This document shows positions 30,681 to 39,227 of a stretch of 64,000 bases of DNA, in pieces (the stretch's first letter is position 1; every line of letters begins with the position of its first letter). The DNA is from a virus. The stretch is from positions 87,112 to 151,111 of the IMG/VR virus record IMGVR_UViG_3300050166_000025. One strand, 5' to 3'. Under the pieces are notes generated by a model. That model saw nothing but the letters and a program-made list of their open reading frames with translations. It did no database searches and was not told the origin of the DNA. The translations under genes were made by a program, and so were the position numbers.

Positions 30681-30722
30681 ATCAATTTGTGTGCCATTAT
30701 GCTAAAATTGGACACATTGTCA
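30681..30722 (-). promoter_or_regulatory. sigma54-like promoter with upstream imperfect palindrome
   Basis: TGGCAC-N5-TTGAT (30696-30681) and TGACA-atg-TGTCC (30722-30710) upstream of hsp20. Confidence 0.55.
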
Positions 30723-30725
30723 CTG

Positions 30726-31460
30726 TTATGGTATAATTGTCATTCCACTTAACTTCAACATCACATCGGCGGTTGCCTTAATGTCTCTCTCGCAATACTC
30801 CATGATTTGTTGAATGTTGCCTTTATAGAATTCAGCGCTCACTTGTCCACCTTCCATCTGCTCTTTTGGTGAAGGAATTCCTAACATCTCACAGATAACA
30901 CCAAGTTTAGCTCCATTCCAGCCACCAAATTTCCAAACATCAGCTGTATCTAATAAGCAGCTGTCCCATGGTTTCACTTTCTGCATGTGAAGTTGCTTTG
31001 GCAGTTCAATCCCATGAATCATCGCTCGTTTACAGATATAAGGCACGTCAAAGCCTTTAATATTATGACCAACTAATTTGACACCAGGTGCCTTAAAGAA
31101 GATGGCGGTGAGCACTTGTAAAAATTCTTTAAGCAACTCTTTCTCATCATCTCCATAGAACGAGCGGGCTTTGAAATCACTCGCGGGACCTTCTTCATCA
31201 AACTTAACTTGTCCCATTGAGATACAGACTATCCGGCCCCATTCTGGGAATAGAGCAGCCTGAATGTTATAGATTTCAGCTTCATTCTTATCCTCTAATT
31301 CAGGCCTGTCTTTACGAATAAACATGCACTTTTCTGCCCACCAAGAAGCCATTTGAGAATTAGCAGATAGTGACAGCTTAAACTCCTCGTAATCTGAATG
31401 CGAAGCAGACGTTTCAATGTCTATGAATAACATCTGTTTTAATTCATCTTGTCTATACAT
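30726..31460 (-). CDS. DEDDy 3'-5' exonuclease (PolB-exo-like)
   Basis: DIET, GHNIKGFD, YCERD. Confidence 0.9.
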   Translation of the reverse strand: MYRQDELKQMLFIDIETSASHSDYEEFKLSLSANSQMASWWAEKCMFIRKDRPELEDKNEAEIYNIQAALFPEWGRIVCISMGQVKFDEEGPASDFKARSFYGDDEKELLKEFLQVLTAIFFKAPGVKLVGHNIKGFDVPYICKRAMIHGIELPKQLHMQKVKPWDSCLLDTADVWKFGGWNGAKLGVICEMLGIPSPKEQMEGGQVSAEFYKGNIQQIMEYCERDIKATADVMLKLSGMTIIP

Positions 31461-31711
31461 TATTTTTCTTCTTTAGTGATATCGAAAATTGAAATTGGGT
31501 AGAACATTTCTGGCTTACCCATTCGGTCTGCCATTTGCTGATCTAGCTTAACGCTAAACTTATACCATTTATACCCATATTGTTTTGTCAAGTCCTTTAA
31601 CTCCTCTACCAGGACTCCGGTTTTGGTCATAAACCCAGCGTGTAAGAATTGATAGGTCTTACCAACCTTTGGATTTGGGACCGTGATAACTTTGGTTTGC
31701 TTCTTTGACAT
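31460..31711 (-). CDS. hypothetical protein (class I promoter)
   Basis: ATG at 31711 (MSKKQTK). Confidence 0.65.
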   Translation of the reverse strand: MSKKQTKVITVPNPKVGKTYQFLHAGFMTKTGVLVEELKDLTKQYGYKWYKFSVKLDQQMADRMGKPEMFYPISIFDITKEEK

Positions 31712-31726
31712 ATTGCTGTTGTTTAT

Positions 31727-31796
31727 AAGGTAAATATAACTAAAAAACCCGAGACTAAAAAATCTCGGGTCATTTATTTTCAAAAAAATTTAATTT
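31727..31796 (-). repeat. fused terminator/class I promoter module, copy 2
   Basis: near-identical to 25221-25290. Confidence 0.85.
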
Positions 31797-32031
31797 ATTT
31801 TATGGAGTGTAAGGGATCGTTCCAGCTCCTGGCTCTTCTAACCTTTGCGTAAGACTCATAGTTAAGATGAACCGCCGCATATCCACCGGTTACCGAGTAT
31901 GGAACATCGTGTTCTGAATACCAGTACGCCGGTGCCTCGCTGATTCTGTCATTTAGAAAGTCAAACAGCTCATCAATCTGCATGTGATGCACATAAATAG
32001 TTACAGTCATATTTGAGTTAGGGTATGCCAT
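31795..32031 (-). CDS. hypothetical protein, possible paralogue of 55859-56089
   Basis: 78 aa; V.IY...L...LN...V.L..E.Y.K pattern. Confidence 0.6.
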   Translation of the reverse strand: MAYPNSNMTVTIYVHHMQIDELFDFLNDRISEAPAYWYSEHDVPYSVTGGYAAVHLNYESYAKVRRARSWNDPLHSIK

Positions 32032-32984
32032 TATTTTTTAACCTGCCAGTTAGGATTTTGTTTTTGATTCTGTTTAATATCTTGCTGTCTAAATTCTTGT
32101 AGGAGCTTAGAGGTCTCGTCGGATAGTTGTGTCTCGTACCAGTCCTCGTAAATTCTCTCATATACCAGAGCCATTACTCCGAATAGAGCACCAGGCTCTG
32201 AATTAATCTCGAACACATAGACTTTATCGTCCTCTGTCTTTGCAATATCGATCGCATAGAAGTCCAGGTCCGAGTGGTAGTCTCCAAAGTATGCAATGCA
32301 TTTTAAGAAATCATCCCCTGGGGTCTCTTCTCTTAAAATATAAGCGAAATTAGTCTCCTTGTCCTCGGCCTTCTTAGCAATATCCTTTGTCTCATCATCC
32401 ATTGGCTTTCTCTCTGCCCATTGAATTACTTCACTTCTCCACACAAAGAACCTATGCTCCTCTTTAATCTTAATCTTTTCAGAAAAGGATGAGAATTGAG
32501 ACAGGTCTACGCTATCCATGCTCTCTGGTGTTTCAAATACTTTAATACCTAAACCGCTATGATTATTATCTGGTTTTGCAACCACCGGAAAGTTAAGGTC
32601 TTTAACTGCTTTAGGATCTAAGACCGTAGGAATAATAAAACCTGATTTAGCGTGAGCCTTGTAAAACTCAGCCTTCGAGCTAACCTTCTCTCTTGCTTGC
32701 AGTTTATTATAAACCTGATTGTCTCTGATAGCGCCAGCCTTGATCATTTTCTCAAGCGTCTTTCTATCGTAGTTTAAGACAGGAAGATCTTTCGGCACCG
32801 TAATAGGCTCATCTCCGCGGGTAATAATAGTCCAGTACTCATGAGTTGAATACTCTGGGCCCGTGATAAACGAGTCATCCAGATCAGCTCTACGAGTAAT
32901 CATTACTTTCTGGAACTCTGATCTTACAAATGCTTCATTCACAAATTGGTCAAATGATAATATCTTAGTATTGAGTGCTCTCAT
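32031..32984 (-). CDS. ATP-grasp ligase, RimK-like
   Basis: FPVVAKP...SGLGI, EEHRFFV, DFYAID, FEINSEPG; N-terminal LSFDQFVNE tag. Confidence 0.8.
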   Translation of the reverse strand: MRALNTKILSFDQFVNEAFVRSEFQKVMITRRADLDDSFITGPEYSTHEYWTIITRGDEPITVPKDLPVLNYDRKTLEKMIKAGAIRDNQVYNKLQAREKVSSKAEFYKAHAKSGFIIPTVLDPKAVKDLNFPVVAKPDNNHSGLGIKVFETPESMDSVDLSQFSSFSEKIKIKEEHRFFVWRSEVIQWAERKPMDDETKDIAKKAEDKETNFAYILREETPGDDFLKCIAYFGDYHSDLDFYAIDIAKTEDDKVYVFEINSEPGALFGVMALVYERIYEDWYETQLSDETSKLLQEFRQQDIKQNQKQNPNWQVKK

Positions 32985-33019
32985 AGTCTATATATTAAAA
33001 AATAAAATACCTTATCTCT

Positions 33020-34885
33020 TTAGGAGTTTAATTGTATTTTTTTAATTGTATTTTTCAATTCTTCTATTTGCGCCTGTTGTTCTTTAATAGCCTCAACTAA
33101 AACTGCAACCATATTTTGATATTTAACAGACTTATTGCCGCTCTCATCAGTTACAACCAATTCAGGTATGTTTAATTCCAATTCTTGTGCAATAAATCCA
33201 ATGTTATTTTTAGTGCCAGTATCTATTCTATCATAGACCACACCTCTTGATTTTAATATTTTATCTAAAGAACTTTCAATTGGTTTTATGTTTTCTTTTA
33301 CTCTAGCATCTGAAAAAGCAGTAATATCGCCAGAAGCATAAACTTCACCAAATGAAACTTTACCTTGAGCAGAACTCCACACGTCATTAAAAGTAGATGT
33401 AGTAGGAGACACTGAAGCACCATATATAGAATATGTGCTTGTTCTTAGTTGTGGGCTAATTCCATAGTTACAATACATATAATAGATTCCGCCGCCTCTT
33501 ACCCACACTACTTCATCAGATGAGTTTGACATTTGCGTGATACCACCAATGGGCGACATTCCAGATACGAATCTATAGTTGTATGATTCAATAAATCTTA
33601 TATTATCATTTGTTCCCCATCCGTTACCATTTGCAAACCATATTAATTTAACTGAAAAACCGGCCGGGTGAGATGACCAAGATGGAACATTTGAATTCAA
33701 GGCAACTCTGATCGATAATTTATATAAAGTATTAGTTCCTAAACCAATTGTAACTGGATAATAAGTATTTACGTCTAATCCTGTAGTGTTAATAGTATAT
33801 GAATATTCTATATCTCCATTTACACCGGCTGCTCCATTAGCTCCACTTGAACCTGAGCTTCCCGATGTTCCGTTTAAACCGCTTGAACCCGAGCTTCCTG
33901 AACTACCAGAATTACCAGATGAACCTGAACTACCAGAATTACCAGATGAACCTGAAGTGCCAGATGTTCCTGTTAAACCCGATGAACCACTAAATCCTGA
34001 AGAACCAGAAGTTCCTGATGAACCTGATGAGCCAGAAGAACCAGATGTACCTGAAGTTCCTGATGAACCACTTGAGCCGGATGTACCAGATGTTCCTGTT
34101 GTACCAGAAGTACCAGAAGTTCCTGATGAACCACTTGAGCCTGAAGTTCCTGATGAACCAGAAGAACCATTAGTTCCTGAAGAACCTGATGTTCCTGCAG
34201 TACCATTAGTTCCTGATGAACCGCTTGAACCAGAAGTCCCAGATGTGCCTGTTGTTCCAGAAGTACCTGATGAACCGCTTGAACCAGAAGTCCCAGATGT
34301 GCCTGTTGTTCCAGAAGTACCTGATGAACCGCTTGAACCTGAAGTTCCTGCTGTACCTGATGAGCCAGATGAACCTGGTGTACCACTTGAACCTGATGTT
34401 CCAGAAGTACCTGTTGTACCCGATGTTCCAGAAGAACCATTGGTTCCGCTTGAACCAGAAGTCCCAGATATGCCTGATGTTCCAGTAGTTCCTGAAGAAC
34501 CTGAAGTCCCAGATATGCCTGATGTTCCAGTAGTTCCTGAAGAACCTGAAGTTCCGCCTGTACCACTTGATCCAGAAGTTCCTGTTATACCTGAAGTCCC
34601 ATCTGTACCTGAAAAGCCCGATGAACCGGAAGTTCCGGAAGTACCATGCGTACCATGCTCGCCTGTAGTTCCTGAAGAACCTGAAGTACCATCAGTACCG
34701 CTTGTTCCTGTTAAGCCAGAGCTACCAGATGTACCGCTTGAGCCAGAAGCACCTATTATTCCATCAATACCAGACGTTCCACTGGTACCTGAACTGCCAT
34801 TAGCTCCAGAAATAGCAGCTTTATTTTTTAAATTATCTAATTCGGCTTTAAGTCCATCTATTTGATTTATACTAACTCTTGGCAT
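33020..34885 (-). CDS. Gly-X-Y (GTS/GSS) fibre protein with C-terminal intramolecular chaperone (peptidase S74)
   Basis: about 110 Gly-X-Y triplets; SDARVKENI...GFIAQEL...coiled coil; ATG 34885 preferred because a late motif lies at 34910-34917. Confidence 0.85.
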   Translation of the reverse strand: MPRVSINQIDGLKAELDNLKNKAAISGANGSSGTSGTSGIDGIIGASGSSGTSGSSGLTGTSGTDGTSGSSGTTGEHGTHGTSGTSGSSGFSGTDGTSGITGTSGSSGTGGTSGSSGTTGTSGISGTSGSSGTTGTSGISGTSGSSGTNGSSGTSGTTGTSGTSGSSGTPGSSGSSGTAGTSGSSGSSGTSGTTGTSGTSGSSGSSGTSGTTGTSGTSGSSGSSGTNGTAGTSGSSGTNGSSGSSGTSGSSGSSGTSGTSGTTGTSGTSGSSGSSGTSGTSGSSGSSGSSGTSGSSGFSGSSGLTGTSGTSGSSGNSGSSGSSGNSGSSGSSGSSGLNGTSGSSGSSGANGAAGVNGDIEYSYTINTTGLDVNTYYPVTIGLGTNTLYKLSIRVALNSNVPSWSSHPAGFSVKLIWFANGNGWGTNDNIRFIESYNYRFVSGMSPIGGITQMSNSSDEVVWVRGGGIYYMYCNYGISPQLRTSTYSIYGASVSPTTSTFNDVWSSAQGKVSFGEVYASGDITAFSDARVKENIKPIESSLDKILKSRGVVYDRIDTGTKNNIGFIAQELELNIPELVVTDESGNKSVKYQNMVAVLVEAIKEQQAQIEELKNTIKKIQLNS

Positions 34886-34949
34886 AACTCGGGATATATT
34901 TGTTTCTTCTATATATTTCCGCATTTGTACTCAATAAAATATATAACCT

Positions 34950-35828
34950 ATGACAAAACGAGCGATATGGGTTCTGGAAAATGTGGATAAAAATCCGGCT
35001 TTTTATAGTAGCGTGAATACATTAATGCTCATGTCGAGTGTCATTAATTGGAAGAGATGGAATAATACGGCTACTGTTTTATATGTTGACAAGTTGACGC
35101 ATAACCACTTACGCGACCTAGACCTATTATCTCACTGGGATCATGTTAATGTTACTCTTCTAGAGCAGCCGACTACAATTGATAAGGTTGCGTTCTGGAG
35201 TTCTTCAAAACTACGTGTCCTATTACAACAGGAAGAGCCAGTAATCATGGTCGACTATGACTTTATTACCTTTACTAATTTAACTGATCCTTCGCCAGCT
35301 TCAAACTTTGTCTACTCGCATGATGAGGATGGAGATTTTGCATACCCTGGAGCAGCGGATCAATTTATCAAATCATGTAAATGGTCTATACCCGATTATT
35401 TAAAGTGGTCTATTAATAATGACGCCATTAACGTATCTTACTTATGCTTTAACGATATTAATTTTCAGAAAGAGTATGCAACGCATAGCCTAAACTCTAT
35501 GGAAGAATTGTCGAGCTTAAAGGCTCCGAAAGGAAATTATGTTTGTTTCGCAGAGCAAAAGATATTGAAGCAACTTGCTCTACACAAAGAGATTGAGCAT
35601 ACACCTCTAATTAAGAACAGGTTTCATGCAGTGAAAGGTGTTTGGCATGAAGACCAGTTTATAGAAACAGGGCTCTGGAGTAAAGATGAAATGCATACTA
35701 AATTTATTCATTATGGACAAACCAAGCATGCTATACAAAAAGATGGAATTGAATTTAGATTTCTATGCAATAGCGTAAAGTCTAAAATCAATTCCACCAC
35801 ACTAGATAGAATTATTGCTATTCAGTAA
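34950..35828 (+). CDS. nucleotide-sugar transferase-like protein (DUF6734-like)
   Basis: FWSSSKL...QEEPVIMVDYD (DxD); AEQ; HY. Confidence 0.6.
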   Translation: MTKRAIWVLENVDKNPAFYSSVNTLMLMSSVINWKRWNNTATVLYVDKLTHNHLRDLDLLSHWDHVNVTLLEQPTTIDKVAFWSSSKLRVLLQQEEPVIMVDYDFITFTNLTDPSPASNFVYSHDEDGDFAYPGAADQFIKSCKWSIPDYLKWSINNDAINVSYLCFNDINFQKEYATHSLNSMEELSSLKAPKGNYVCFAEQKILKQLALHKEIEHTPLIKNRFHAVKGVWHEDQFIETGLWSKDEMHTKFIHYGQTKHAIQKDGIEFRFLCNSVKSKINSTTLDRIIAIQ

Positions 35829-37614
35829 AAGTTAAATTTACTCTACCTTCCTGAGCACCATATCTACAAGGAGCATCTATTGGATAAGAAGGATTAAAGT
35901 TATAAGCCCAATCCTCGATGCCGAAATCAATTTCAAATCTTTTCTTAATGTCTTCGTTATAATATTGAGCAATAGTTTTAACTCTTCTCTGAATGTCAGC
36001 TCTGGTTAAGTCCTGTGTATTCATTTCATATCCATCATTATATAAAAATTGAACATATAAAGTTCTAGGAATATGAACCATTGTCGTGTTTAAGAACGTT
36101 CTAACAATTAATTCATAATCATCGGCAATAGTTAAGCCTCTTGCGTGACCACCGATCGCAAAATAAGTGGATCTTCTCCATGCTCTAATATGATTAGGAA
36201 CTCCAACGATGTGTCTAATTGTTTTTGGATTAACTCCAACCGTAACTGAAGATTGAACCTCTTTTCCGAATACATTATCGGTTCTATATGAACCATATCC
36301 TAGGGCGAATCCTTCTCCATATATGTTAGAATTCCAGTTTAGATCTACTTCAGGCGCATCTGAGTAAAAGAAGCCTGCCTTTGGAAATTTAACAGAAGCT
36401 TTATATAAATATTCTGCGCAATCCGTTGTAACTATATCGTCATGATCAAGTTCGGCTAAAATTTCACCTCGACTCATACAACATGCTCTATACTTAGCTT
36501 CGCCTATCAGACCATTCGATTTTTCTCTGAAATCATAAACTTTAACACGTGGATCGAGAGCTGCAATTTCTTCAGCTATCTTTAGAGTTAAACCCTCGTC
36601 AGATGAGTCATTAACTAGAATCCACTCCCAATTTGTATAAGTTTGATTCTTTAATGATTCATAAGTAAACTTTAATTTATCACCTGTATTGTGCATTGGC
36701 GTAAAGAAAGAGACTAGATTTGCTCTATTAACGCTTAGCATATTCTTCATCGCTAAAGCATACGCCTTTTGTCCAAGAGATTCATCAATTGATTCAGCGT
36801 TAAGCCACTTTGATTTTATTTCGGATGTTGCATTCCATAAATTTGAAAAAGAACCAGACTGTTTAGAAATAGTTACTATTGCATCTGGATTCCAATCTAA
36901 TAAAATTTCATTAAGGTCGTTATCATTCTTTTCGTATCTGACTTCTAATTCCGAGGATTCCCAGTCCCATGGGTTATCGGTTGTTAATGTGGGTTCTTCT
37001 TTGCCGATGAATAGGATTCGTGGAAGCCTCGCTTTTTTCATAGGTCTTAATGATTCGTGATTAGAAAGAACCTCTTTGCAAAATACAATCTCATTGACTA
37101 ATTCCTTTGCGATCTGCTGAATTAAAATTCCATCGGCGTTAAATTCATTAACGAATTGATATGTGTCGAATAGATCGGTCTTTAAAATATACTGTGAACC
37201 ATCTACATGGCCTGGTCTTAAATTTTGCAAGAATGCATTTCTAAAAGATTTGCCTCCATTGTACGTCTGTGAAAATACAAAGACAGATTTGTCTTCTATT
37301 CTTTCGATAAAGGTGTTATATAATTCTGGATGAAGTTCAGCGTCACCGCTTAACAAGTATATAAAACCTCCTAAGATACCGTTTATGACCTCATTGATTG
37401 CAATGTACGTGCTACCTCCTTTAATAAAGTGCAGCTTAATATCCGGATGATTCAATTCGTCTAAAACTATTGCTGGAATATCTTTTAGAACTGATGTGTC
37501 AAAAATTACATGCCACTCGACATTCTTGTCTTCATCTGTAAAAATAGACTTTTTAATTTTAGATAGATCAGCTGTTTTTTTACAGCGGGTAATTATGTGT
37601 AGTTTGTGTTTCAT
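35818..37614 (-). CDS. glycosyltransferase family 2 (degenerate N-terminal plus intact C-terminal GT-A)
   Basis: VSFFTP.HN, SLKNQTYTNWEWILVND, ELDHDD, DDYELI. Confidence 0.9.
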   Translation of the reverse strand: MKHKLHIITRCKKTADLSKIKKSIFTDEDKNVEWHVIFDTSVLKDIPAIVLDELNHPDIKLHFIKGGSTYIAINEVINGILGGFIYLLSGDAELHPELYNTFIERIEDKSVFVFSQTYNGGKSFRNAFLQNLRPGHVDGSQYILKTDLFDTYQFVNEFNADGILIQQIAKELVNEIVFCKEVLSNHESLRPMKKARLPRILFIGKEEPTLTTDNPWDWESSELEVRYEKNDNDLNEILLDWNPDAIVTISKQSGSFSNLWNATSEIKSKWLNAESIDESLGQKAYALAMKNMLSVNRANLVSFFTPMHNTGDKLKFTYESLKNQTYTNWEWILVNDSSDEGLTLKIAEEIAALDPRVKVYDFREKSNGLIGEAKYRACCMSRGEILAELDHDDIVTTDCAEYLYKASVKFPKAGFFYSDAPEVDLNWNSNIYGEGFALGYGSYRTDNVFGKEVQSSVTVGVNPKTIRHIVGVPNHIRAWRRSTYFAIGGHARGLTIADDYELIVRTFLNTTMVHIPRTLYVQFLYNDGYEMNTQDLTRADIQRRVKTIAQYYNEDIKKRFEIDFGIEDWAYNFNPSYPIDAPCRYGAQEGRVNLTFTE

Positions 37615-38543
37615 TATTCTACGTCAAAGAAAAAAAGTTGAAAAAATCTGGCGTTCTCAATAGAATCACCAAAATATTTTGTCGCAGCATGGATTCTCTT
37701 TGCATTAAAAAGAACTAGTCTATTATAGACATTTGCTGCAGTATCCATTAATTCATACTGAGTTGAATCATAGAAATTAAGATCTTTGCTTAAGCCCTTA
37801 AAGGTTTTATTAAATACTTCATCTGAGTGTGTTCCATCAAACTCTGTTGATCCCGTGTACTTGCTCTTATAGAATGCAGTTCCAGTTTCTAAAGGTGCAT
37901 CAGGTGTTAAGAATACCATCGCAGCGTAAGTCTGTGTATCTACGTGGTATACGATCGGATCTAAAGGAGTGCAATATTGAAAGACTCCATTTGCGTAATT
38001 AACATGATTCCAATTAGTTACTTTTCTACCTATAATTTGTTCGAATCTTTCTTTTGTGCCTTCTACAATAAATCTATCCTGTGTTCTTTTGCCCTTGTGA
38101 TAATTCGAGTTAGCGTAATTCATGTTATTGATAGCATGAGTTCTAACTAAATCAGGATCACTGTAAAAATTATCGACAATGATTAAATCCTTGTGTGTTC
38201 GATTAAAACCAGTGTACATTACTGCCCACACTATAAAATTTTCTAGTATCTTTCTCTTTGATCTGTCAGAGAAAGTGACATACATTGGCATCGATAATTG
38301 TTCTTTAGTTATTTTAAATGAAAAGCCTACACTATCGCTCTTCAATTCAGGATATACTAATTTTACGTCAGGTCTGCTGATAACTGTATGCTCTACTCTA
38401 TCTTCTTCGTTTTCTCCAACCTGAATAGATAAAGCTGAAAGGGATTCACAATGTAACCACCCGGTCACCAGATATGTGGATCCTTCTAACTCAACATTAT
38501 CAATATACATTTTTGTATTGGGATCTAATGTAGTATGATTCAT
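37614..38543 (-). CDS. DUF6445-like 2OG-Fe(II) oxygenase
   Basis: IIVDNFYSDPD.VR, YHVD, YNRLVLF...IH, R.FQLFFF. Confidence 0.7.
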   Translation of the reverse strand: MNHTTLDPNTKMYIDNVELEGSTYLVTGWLHCESLSALSIQVGENEEDRVEHTVISRPDVKLVYPELKSDSVGFSFKITKEQLSMPMYVTFSDRSKRKILENFIVWAVMYTGFNRTHKDLIIVDNFYSDPDLVRTHAINNMNYANSNYHKGKRTQDRFIVEGTKERFEQIIGRKVTNWNHVNYANGVFQYCTPLDPIVYHVDTQTYAAMVFLTPDAPLETGTAFYKSKYTGSTEFDGTHSDEVFNKTFKGLSKDLNFYDSTQYELMDTAANVYNRLVLFNAKRIHAATKYFGDSIENARFFQLFFFDVE

Positions 38544-38550
38544 TATAAAT

Positions 38551-39135
38551 TTATTTGAAATGTGAACCGCCAACCCAAAGAACTAAAGATTTTCTAATTC
38601 CTTTGGTTACGGGAGAAACTCTGTGTAACATGTATGATGGAAATAATACAGCAACTCCTTTTCCTCGAGGTGCTCTAAGAGGTGAATTTCCTCCTGTCCA
38701 TAGTTCTAAATCTCCTCCTTCATATTCATCTGATTCGCTCAGTTGAACAGTGATTGAAATTTTTCGATGAGACATGTAATCTGATCCACAGTCCATGTGC
38801 CAAGTGTAATGCCCTGCTTCAGTTGAATGATATTCCGTATATTGTATTAGCTCATTAGCACTATGAAGATCAAAATTCCAAATGGCTTTGTTTGCTTCCG
38901 AAGAAGCTGTTATTATTTTAGAATATAACCAGCTCCACTTATCTTCGTTTGGAATCCAATTGACGCGGGAAGATCTAACACTGACATCACTTTCTTGTCC
39001 ATCGTTTCCAACTCTCGCCGTTTCGACTTTTAAATTTGCTAAATCTTCTTCTAGTTTAGAAATTTCTTCTGGCGTAAAAATATTCTGATACCAGTAATAA
39101 TTATCGGGTGTATTAAACGGCTGATTGTAATTCAT
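38551..39135 (-). CDS. 2OG-Fe(II) oxygenase (PKHD/prolyl-4-hydroxylase-like)
   Basis: WHMD, RKIS.TVQL, YEGG.L, FPSY.LH.V.PV..G.R.SLV.W; ATG at 39135. Confidence 0.9.
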   Translation of the reverse strand: MNYNQPFNTPDNYYWYQNIFTPEEISKLEEDLANLKVETARVGNDGQESDVSVRSSRVNWIPNEDKWSWLYSKIITASSEANKAIWNFDLHSANELIQYTEYHSTEAGHYTWHMDCGSDYMSHRKISITVQLSESDEYEGGDLELWTGGNSPLRAPRGKGVAVLFPSYMLHRVSPVTKGIRKSLVLWVGGSHFK

Positions 39136-39166
39136 ATTTATTAAATGGTGTACTATATTTATCAAA

Positions 39167-39198
39167 CAAAAAAAGCTCGGCCTTTCGACCGAGCTTTT
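39167..39198 (-). terminator. intrinsic terminator
   Basis: AAGCTCGGTC-GAAA-GGCCGAGCTT plus T-run on minus strand. Confidence 0.8.
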
Positions 39199-39227
39199 CA
39201 AGCTTTGGCTTATTTCTTATATAGAAA

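Noticed and set aside
25209-31783. Shared N-terminus MKINDPRFFSLGFF on two ORFs
   Set aside because: Translation of the duplicated terminator-promoter cassette; true starts are 25208 and 31711
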